This document shows, in pieces, positions 54,235 to 64,000 of a DNA stretch of 64,000 nt. Under the pieces are notes generated by a model. It had not been told where the DNA came from, ran no database searches, and saw only the letters and a list, made by a program, of their open reading frames with translations. The translations under genes and the position numbers were made by a program. Source of the DNA: Octopus vulgaris (lineage: Eukaryota); NCBI GenBank assembly GCA_951406725.2, contig OX597824.1:28272001-28336000 (forward strand), read 5' to 3'. The stretch's first letter is position 1, and the number at the start of each line of letters is the position of its first letter.

Positions 54235-54621
54235 CATACATACATACATACATACATACGTACATACATACATACATACATACATACATACTGTAGACAT
54301 ACTTCTATATATGTGCTTTCATGTGTTCGTATAATGTAACATCTCTTTATGCTTACCAAAATTAAATGTATTGATTTGGATATATGTAAATAAAATAATG
54401 CAGAGTATCACATTATCAACCATAATTATGTTGCATGGACAATTTCCAGCTCTCTATCCTGCATAAACAATCTTCAGAACTATGTGAAATTAATCACTAT
54501 AACGCACACAAACATAATGAGTTGAGTTTATTACTATAATGGTGAGTGTAGTTTATATATCTCATGTACTTTAGTTTACAGTGTTCAAACACACTCTGAA
54601 CGACGGAGAAAATTTACGTCA

Positions 54622-55260
54622 ATGGATCAATTCGTTAATGAATTTGTGGAGTCTTATTAACCGTTAAGTCTACACTGATTCATCAAACTATCATGTAGAT
54701 AATTATCACTCCAGATTATCTTATAATTTTATTCAGACATCGTCTGGGAATATTTTATAGAATTGGTCGTATTATATTTTTCAAATACTAAGTGTGTTGA
54801 ATGATCCTATACTCTTATTTGGGCTCTTTCATCGCTGTCATCGAAAGTGATTCTTAAATCTTTTTTCCAGGTACCACATTATCAACCATAATAATTTCCT
54901 ACCGTACCTGTATTCCGTTAACTCGTACTCCGTCGGTTACGACAACGAGGGTTCGAGATGATCTGATTAACGGAGCATGGATCATTTCGTTAATGAATTT
55001 GTGGAACTTATTAACCGTTAAGTCTACACTGATTCATCAAACTATCATGTAGATAATTATCACTCCAGACAATCTTATAATTTTATTCAGACAACGTCCG
55101 GGAGTACTTTATGGAAATGGTCGTATTATATTTTTTCCAATATTATGTTTCCATGTGTGTGGAATGATCCTATATCTAGTAGGTCGACAAGACACATAGA
55201 ATAATCTTATTTGGGCTCCTTCACCGCTGTCACCCGACAGGTATCACATTGTCAACCATA
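54622..55260. repeat. Local direct duplication of about 270-285 bp (54622-54891 and 54977-55260)
   Basis: ATGGATCA(A/T)TTCGTTAATGAATTTGTGGA...TCAACCATAA occurs twice. Confidence 0.9.
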
Positions 55261-55532
55261 ACGGAGCAGTCTGTTCATGAAATTAACAAGTGGCTGAGTA
55301 TTCCATTGACACACGTTCCATTAACGTAGTTCTCAGTGAGATTCAGTGTGACACAGTATGTGAGAAGGCTGGTCCTTTGAATTACAGGTGCAAATCATTA
55401 TTGCCTGCCGAGTGAACTGGCGCAACATGAAATAAAATATCTTATTCAAAGACATACTGCGCCACCGGGAATCGAATTCACGACCTTATGGTTGTGAGCC
55501 GAATACACTAACCACTAAGCCAAACGACTTCA
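54925..55532 (-). mobile_element. tRNA/CORE-type SINE (tail B) split by the duplicated segment
   Basis: Tail ACTCCGTCGGTTACGAC...TAACGGAGCA at 54925-54977 continues at 55259; head CCGGGAATCGAA...CTAACCACTAAGCCA at about 55465-55521. Confidence 0.8.
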
Positions 55533-55801
55533 CTGGATTCGATTAAGCATTTCCTGAAGTAAAATACAATTAGAGTATCCAACTCGCATTATATCAATCT
55601 ACATTGGCTAATATCACAGATGAAAAACAAAAATGGTGACGGAATTGAAAAATTCTTAGTAGAATTTTAGTAGCAAGGCGTGTGAACGTTTCACACCTTT
55701 ATTTTGGAATCGATATAACCTCCGCGTACATGCATATATATATACACGTATAGATGTAAGTATGTACACATAAGTATGTACATATGCATATATATATATA
55801 G

Positions 55802-55870
<69 letters not shown>

Positions 55871-55874
55871 ATAC

Positions 55875-55915
<41 letters not shown>

Positions 55916-56010
55916 GTAATAATAATAATGACAACAATAACATCCAAAATACCTTTGGAATGAGATCCCAGGCTCGAAATTTCCCCATTATATATATATA
56001 TATATATATA

Positions 56011-56270
56011 TCACTTTGATCACTTTGACCGACTAGTCCGTCAGGCGTCCATTTGACTCCGCTGGTCACAGCACGCTGTCCACTCCTCTCTGGATCGCGC
56101 CTTTCTCATCCACGTGATCCCAATCATCCTCTTGAAATCGTCACTCCACCGTCGTGGAGGTCTTCCAGGTGGTCTTTTCCGCTCACGCGGGTACCACTCG
56201 ACAACTGCGTGCGTCCACCGATTATCGGTGAGCTGAGCGACGTGTCCAGCCCATCTATACTTGCCATACT
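56011..56270 (-). mobile_element. RTE-clade LINE 3' end inserted at (TA)n
   Basis: Minus strand [61 protein letters not shown]; ends in (TCAAAGTGA)2. Confidence 0.9.
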
Positions 56271-56948
56271 ATACTATAAATATGGAGAGGATTACCTGCT
56301 GGCTACACTTTACTGGCTACATACATACGTACATACATATATGCATACATATATACATACATACATACATACATACAGATGTATGTACGTACACACCCAC
56401 GTAAATGCATGCATACACATAGTAATACATACATACATGCATATATATACATACTTATACATATGCATAAATACTAATCACTCACCATATCACGGTTTAT
56501 CTTCCGCGCACTTAGTACATCGCAGATGTTTTTGGCTATTATATGTAAATTCATATTGCAGATTCCTTAGTATATCGCGGGTTTTTGCGGTCGATAAGTA
56601 TTCATAGTTTTTAGTTTTTACTTAGCTCTGTGGTAAAAAATGAGCATTTTTACGCCTGAAAATTGATAAATTAATGAATAAAAATCACAGTACAGTATTG
56701 TAGTGTATTATATATATCAATTATAATATATTGAAAGAAAATACGTTGTGTACCGTCGATGAATGAACAAAGAATCGCACATACCGTACGAAAAATGAAA
56801 CTCCGGAGGCGAGTGTGAGGTGTTGGTTTGCATTTATGATAAAATACGATCCCAAAACCACCGTGGTTTTGGGAACGTAACACCTACGATAGTCGAGGGA
56901 TTACTGTATATATATATATATATATATATAGCTAGCTAGATAGCTAGC

Positions 56949-57024
<76 letters not shown>

Positions 57025-57050
57025 CAGATAGATTGATATAGTTATAGATA

Positions 57051-57088
<38 letters not shown>

Positions 57089-58115
57089 GGCATATAAATA
57101 TACATATAGAGAGAGAGGGTATATATACATATGGAGAGAGCGTTGTGTATGTATGCATATAACTATGCATACACGCATAAATACATGCATACGCATACAG
57201 ACAAACCAACGCACGCAAACACACACATATTTATGTATATTCACACGCGCACACAAACATTTGTATGCTTATAAATACATGTGGGCATGCGTATGTTGAC
57301 AGGATATTCTCTCATGTTATCGTATTATAGAAGAGATGCAATAAGTTACATATATTGTATTAGTATCAGTCACTGTTTAATAGTATATTTCCATTTGACA
57401 CATACGGAAATGCTGCAGACATTTTAAAAATTAATGTACAAGCTACAATTATTATTTTTTCTTCGTTATTTAGACGCATTAAGCTTTCGATCTTCTATCA
57501 TAGTGAATCTTAATATGCTTTACTAGATGACATTACGTAATCTCACTATAGCATTAGATATAACTCTTAATGACACAATACGTCTTAATGGTAATTAACA
57601 AATATATTTCTCAGTATATTCTATATTCATTTACACAATAAACTAGTGCTGGTGATATATAAATGTTACCAGAATTCTTCCGGTATTTAATCGATATTTT
57701 AGTTTAAGCGTTCAATATGAAGATGTTTCGATATGTATGTTGTAAATATGCAGTAATGCAGTAACAGTAATACTTAGAATGGTAGAGGTACGCATGTGTA
57801 GAAATGTTCATGAGTATATGTATAAAAGGCATATGCATATACAGAGACGTTTACATACGCACCCATAAACTCACACATATACACATTGAGGCATGTAAAA
57901 ATCATCGTCGCTTGGCTGGATGAATACAGAAGATTGAATATGCTAGACAAATACATCAAATATCAAATACGCACGAATGTATGAGTGTATTATATTTTAC
58001 GTAAGAGAACATATATATATATATATGCTGAGAGAGAAAGAAAGTGAGGGGGATATTACGGATAGATAGAATAAATACATCCATATCTATTCGCATACGC
58101 AGATATATATATATA

Positions 58116-58162
<47 letters not shown>

Positions 58163-58167
<5 letters not shown>

Positions 58168-58451
58168 GTGAATTGAAGAAATGGAGCTGAACGAAGATTG
58201 AACAGAAATCGTTTTATTTCATTCTACACGTGTTTCGAAAGGCACAATTTACCAAAATCCGATTGAATAATGAGACCATATTGTGTCTTTCTCTTCAGGA
58301 AGAAATAGGAAATCCATCCGCACCAACGCACGGTTGCAACACCATATGGTTGTACCTCCAACCGTGCTGTCTTCTGCTGTGATTTTTGCTACCAAGGTAT
58401 CGGTTAAACTTTTGATTAATCTGCTACAAGATATTCATCTTTCTATTTCAC

Positions 58452-58455
<4 letters not shown>
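58163..58455 (-). mobile_element. About 290-bp non-coding HHR-bearing element embedded in (TA)n (PLE pLTR or retrozyme-like)
   Basis: Complex sequence bounded by (TA)n arrays and containing the intact HHR at 58215-58307. Confidence 0.65.
58215..58307 (-). ncRNA. Type-I hammerhead ribozyme with intact catalytic core
   Basis: Minus strand TATTTCTTC-CTGAAGA-GAAAGACACAAT...ATTGTGCCTTTC-GAAA-CACGTG-TA-GAATGAAATA: stem I 9 bp with one bulge, stem II 11 of 12 bp with G-C closing pair, stem III palindrome ACACGTGT, GUA triplet. Confidence 0.85.
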
Positions 58456-58523
<68 letters not shown>

Positions 58524-59510
58524 ATTTATTTATTTATATATATGCAAATATGTGCATGTCCACACACACACATACACATATATACATATATATACGAGAT
58601 GACGTACCCGGGAATTCCCGGGGAAGCGGTGCTTATCCCTTGCTTCAGTTCTCATAATTGTTTCGCTAATCAAATAACAACAATACAAAGTGTGTAGCCC
58701 TTATTTGCCTTTACATAGAATACCGAATTGTCTTACACAGGATCTTGTTTTTAGGAATATCCAACAAGTTATGAATACCCAAATTGTGCAGTCAGTTATG
58801 TAATAACATGAAATTAGTTATTCGATAGTAAGAATTCAAATAAAGTAGCCCCGACAAGGGCGTTAATGCATTCCCAGAGTATATAGCACATAGGAGGAAA
58901 TATGAATAAGCTATGTATACCAAAATCGTGAAGCATGATACGTAATAACAGACTAATCAGATATGAGTTAATAACGATACAAAGTAAATAACTCTGAAAA
59001 GGGATTTTGTGCGTTCCCAGAGAATATTACCCTTAGGGATGCTAGTTTTGGTATATTCGTGAATAAGTCACTAACCGAAATAAGTGGATCTATTGCTTAG
59101 AAAAATACTATTTACTTGTTACAGGGTTGTACTGGATAAATTGCGAAAATAACTCTAACAGTTCAAATACTAAGAAATAAGCATGCTCAATCTCATTTTT
59201 ACCAAATAATTTAGGAAAATGAATGGGTTATTTCCATTGGCTATATATAAGGATCCTTCCCAGGAGCCCCATTATCGATTATTTTTCGACAACCTGAGTA
59301 TGCCATAAGGTTTCCAGACATAAGTTCTACTTATGTGTCAGGTTTCATCAAAAGTCACGAAGAACACCTCACATTCTTCCATAAATAAAAATATGCAATA
59401 TTCTCGCAGGATTTTCAATATAGGTCTACTGTTAACCATAGCATGTCTAGTATTGTACAGTAGGTTACAAGATATTAATTTAAGAGGATTTGAAATTAGA
59501 ATGTAATTTT

Positions 59511-60809
59511 TTGGGGTCATCCCATAAATAATGCAGTTTGTTTATACTTATAATTTTCAAAATTAAGATAAACAAATTGTTTTTTTTAATTTAAATTATA
59601 CTCTCCTTCCTTTTCTACCTGCTAGCTTTGCATGGCCACTCTTCCAAAATTCACTCGTCCGTGACGAAAAGTAGTTCTCCAGCACTGTTTTGATCTCGTC
59701 TACAGAATTCATATTTTTTTCCGTCCAGATGATTTTGAGGACTGCGGAATTAATGATAATGAGATATGGCAATGTCCGGCGAATGCGGTAGATGGGGCAT
59801 CGTTTTCCATTCAAACTGCTCCAGCCTTTGAAATGTCATTATTGCTGTATGTGGCCGAGCATTATCCTGATGGAAGAACACCTTTCACCTTGGAACCAAT
59901 GGCGGTCGGTTTTCTTCTAGCTCTGACCTAAGCCATTCTCTTTTGTTAACGTTTGGCTTGGGTTTAAAAGTTCAAATTGGATTAAAATTTTCATAACCGA
60001 CGAAACATATAACAATACCTTACGTGAGTGAAGACATTCTTTAGCCTGGGGTGCCAGTATATCTCCTTTCCATACTCAGTGTCTTCGGCGCATGACATTT
60101 TTATAGAGAACACATTTCTCGTCACCATTCACAATTCAGTCCAAAAAAGGTTCATTGATAGGACGTGACAGCAAAGAAGAGCACATATTCACTATCTTCG
60201 TGCGATTAGACTCAGAAGGTTGGTGAAGAACACATTGACCCAATTTGCTGACCTTTCCGACGGCATGCATGTGTCGATGAATGGTTGAACGACCAAATCC
60301 AAGCTTCTCTGCTAGTTTCTCAACAGTTACGATGGGATATGTTTCAACTAAGACTTACAGAACGTCCTCGTCGAGCTCTACAGATCTTCCTACAGATCTT
60401 CCTTCATTGTTGCCTTGTCGAGCTCTACAGATCTTCCTGCACGAGGCTCGTCTTCCATGCTGTAGTTCCCGGCTCGGAATTTCTGGAAAGACTGTTAACA
60501 CTGGCTTACGCTTGTTGTCCGATCTCCATATACTGCATTAATATTCCTCGCACTTTCCGTTGCATTGTTGCCTCTTTTGAAATCATGAAGTAAAATACAC
60601 CGAATACGCTCTTGTGTCCCTTCCATTATAGCTTTGAAAAAATAATTGTGATAATCGAACTCCACTGTTCAAATCTTGCACTATGAATAACGACAAGGTA
60701 AAATTACTATCTGCTTCTATGGCAAGTTAATGCAGATAGTTTATCCTGTCTCTCTCCGATTTTTAGTTCATGCTATTGAAAAAACCGCATTATTTACGGG
60801 ATGACCTAA
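59511..60809 (-). mobile_element. Full-size but defective mariner transposon
   Basis: TIRs TTGGGGTCATCCCATAAATAATGCAGTTT and reverse complement of TTAGGTCATCCCGTAAATAATGCGGTTT; minus-strand motifs IVNGDEKCVLY, VFFHQDNARPHTA, PHLPHSPDIAISHYH; about 1.3 kb. Confidence 0.92.
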
Positions 60810-61389
60810 TATATATAACATGAAGTGTCGTTGCCCGACTCTCTACCGACTATGCTATACAGCGCACTTAAGAACGTTGTAATATGTGACTTTAATTAAT
60901 CGATTTCCCATCTTCAATTGTGAAATGACGCCTTTCTAGTGTAGTGTTTAATAACTAACAATATCACCAGGAGTAATTGATAATTTCTCTCAAAATTACT
61001 AGAAGGAGAATGTGAATAGAAGTGCTTGCTGATGGATATTGTCAAATGGTAACGGAAGACAGCGTGTTAAAATCAAAAGAAGATTGGAATTGCTGTATGC
61101 ATTCTTCACTTTCGTTCTTGAACGAACTTATTCCGATAACAACAGTAGATTAAGATATGAAGATCTATAAAGTATGGCCGTTTAAATTGTAGTTTACAGT
61201 AGTCATGACAAGTTTAATGGCGGAAGTAGTTTATGTGAGAATGCCTCTGTGTGTGTGTGTGTGTCTGTATGTCTCTGTGCGTGTGTGACTGCGTGTATGT
61301 GTGTGTGTGTATTTGGTGTTCAGTGAATAAGTGGATGGAATAGATGGATATAACGAAAGATAGGTAGGGGAGTAAATGGATGAATTGAT

Positions 61390-61394
61390 GGATG

Positions 61395-61428
<34 letters not shown>

Positions 61429-61445
61429 CGAATGAATGGATGGAT

Positions 61446-61534
<89 letters not shown>

Positions 61535-61630
61535 TGGATGGATGGATGGATGGATGGATGGATGGATGGATAGATAGATAGATAGATAGATAGAGAGATA
61601 GAAAGATAGATAGATAGGTAGATAGATAGT

Positions 61631-61710
<80 letters not shown>
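61390..61710. repeat. Compound (GATA)/(GATG)/(TA)/(GA) microsatellite
   Basis: Directly visible. Confidence 0.95.
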
Positions 61711-61891
61711 AACCTGCATGCATAGATATATAGATACGTATATACATACGAATACTATTGGAAGGAGAACCGAGATAAATCCATTGAAAAAGATAGAATA
61801 CCGCACATATATGCATGTATGTGTATATACGTACATGAATATATACAGGGAGATAAAGTGACGAAATGAAAGAAGCAAATATAGAGAGATG

Positions 61892-61927
<36 letters not shown>

Positions 61928-62152
61928 AAGAGACAGAGAGAGATGAAAACAGAAGGTGCCATTTGAAAATAAGAGGTGTGTATATTATGAAGAATTGGGA
62001 AGAAGAAAGTGCTGTAATTGTAGATGTGATCGAAACGGTTAGCTCTGGCAGATGATTTGGTGGTGACGTTGACAACTGCATCCATTTATTTGAGAAGACG
62101 ACGCGTTGAGGAGAGCTTTTTCCCGACATTGCTTTAATAAGTCGTCCGTGTT

Positions 62153-62209
<57 letters not shown>

Positions 62210-62893
62210 ACATATGTGTGTTTGTGTTTATTTGCTTCTATGGTTGAGTGTGGCTGTACATATATACGTGATTGAAGTAGCGAGTGTTCGTGAGTAACGC
62301 GTGCGTTTATGTGACAGAAATACTAAGTGAATGAGCGTGTGAAATAGAAAATTGATAAGTATTCGGTATATAATCTCAGCAGTTAGTATGATGTATGAGT
62401 TTAATATATGACTGTCTTTCATCAACCCTCTCTATCTCTTTCTCACTCTTTCTAACTCCCCGTTCTCTCTCTGTCTTTCTCTCACACTTTCTTCTTTTTC
62501 TCACTCGCGCTTCGTCGTATTTCTTTCAATATAGAGTTTCCATAATACAAAGAAGAGTAATAACCATCACCAGAACAACAACAACGAGAACAACAACAAC
62601 AGCAACAACATCAGGCCAAAAATAAATAACGAAAAATAATAACGATGATGAGTGTGTATGTTGGACAGTACTCATCAGCGGGGCCTACATGCGAGAGTTC
62701 GCCCAAGTCAAATACTAAATGAATCATAGAGATTTAATTGACATTTACGCATATAAACCAGCGTCAATTTTCTTCGTAACACAATCACAGCAATGAAACG
62801 ATATCCAGACTAAAACAATTAGAAATACAATTCAAATTATATTCTTTTCCTGTTTACCTATTTGTTTATGTAGTAGTAATAATGATAATAATC

Positions 62894-63004
<111 letters not shown>

Positions 63005-63016
63005 GTAATAATAATA

Positions 63017-63437
63017 GAAGAGGCAAAATCAAATGTATGGACACGGCCCATCGATCCCAGGCGAGTTATAAAATACTTGGGGATTTTGGAAATGGATAAA
63101 TTGATGGAGAAAGAAATGACTGAAAAATTTAAGGTGAAGTACTTGGGCAGACTGTGACTGATCCTTAAGTAGAAATTAAATTGATGGAATGAGATCGAAG
63201 CTATCATCACCTGGGCGGTTTCACTCCTTAGATATGGAGCAGGGGTAATCGCATGGACAGTAGACGAACTAAACAGCTTAGACAGAAAGACAAGGAAGTT
63301 GCTAACTAGATATGGGGCACTCCACCCAAAAAGTGACACAGACAGACTGTATGTACCAAAAAGAAAAAAATGAGGGAGAAGAGGACTTATAGGATGCAAA
63401 CACAGCATCAGAGCAGAAGAAAACAACATAACATGTT
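63017..63437 (+). mobile_element. R4/Dong-clade LINE internal fragment (RT C-terminal/thumb region) starting at a (TAA)n array
   Basis: KYLGILE...EAIITWAVSLLRYGAGVIAWTVDELNSLDRKTRKLLTRYGALHPKSDTDRLYVP...GRRGL, with several stops. Confidence 0.9.
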
Positions 63438-64000
63438 TTGATTCATTCGTCGAAAAGTTCTTCAAGTCAGCGCTCCAGCATGGCCTCAGTCTTATGACGG
63501 AGACAAATAAAAGATTAAAAAAAATTTTTTGATGTAAATGTCTTAAAATAGAAGGCTGAAAAATTAGCATCTAAGAAAGACAATTGTACACGCAATAATC
63601 GGAGCTTGAGGGATAATACCAAATGTCACCTTAAAACACTATTGTCAAATGCCAGGATACCCAAGAATAAAAGAATTACCAAGCATTTTTGTCATGATTA
63701 CGATCCACGCTATAAGAGAACTCACTGGCAGCCTGTGAATATCTGGATCTTTCAAGCCGTTTCAAATTTACAATCAATACAAAGATTGAACTAAATCTTT
63801 ATTCTCAGGATTTTGTTTTCATTTCCTTGCGATATTTTAAACCGAGATCGTAAAATCACTTTAAGACTATAAGTCATGAATAAGAAAGAAACTAGCCCTG
63901 TTTTGTCACCGTGCATGCCTAAAATTACGCACCTTTCCTTTTACATGTCTTTATGTATTTTTGGATGAATTTTGATATAAATTATGTCACCTTTGCCTTT

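Noticed and set aside
59300-59355. Minus-strand TTGATGAA...GAAA-CCTTATGG-CA hammerhead-like remnant
   Set aside because: C3 and U16.1 mutated and no stem I; at most a dead relic
62643-62680. CTGATGAG on the minus strand inside a small hairpin
   Set aside because: No GAAA box; simple GATGAGT/ACTCATC inverted repeat

Overview
AT-rich, repeat-dense eukaryotic DNA (intergenic or deep intronic) with no supportable host protein-coding exon. Almost all ORFs in the track are translations of microsatellites. The SINE repertoire points to an octopus (coleoid cephalopod) genome; this is an inference. The window contains: (TA)n, (CA)n, (GATA)n, (TAA)n and (GAT)n arrays; three tRNA-derived SINE types, three copies with exact 11-12 bp TSDs; R4/Dong-clade LINE fragments, mostly tied to (TAA)n; RTE, CR1-like and L1/Tx1 fragments; two dead mariner elements and a mariner-type MITE; three non-autonomous Helitrons; and a Penelope-like (PLE) C-terminal fragment. 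The most notable signal is a set of short non-coding elements with type-I hammerhead ribozyme (HHR) topology and palindromic stem III. One has a fully intact core (58215-58307, minus). One 1-kb locus has two tandem 427-bp HHR units plus an inverted third copy (49672-50698). One fold-back element carries a compensated G3:C8 core variant (23047-23097). Several of these lie in long hairpins or (TA)n arrays. All folds and alignments were done by eye and need computational and biochemical confirmation.
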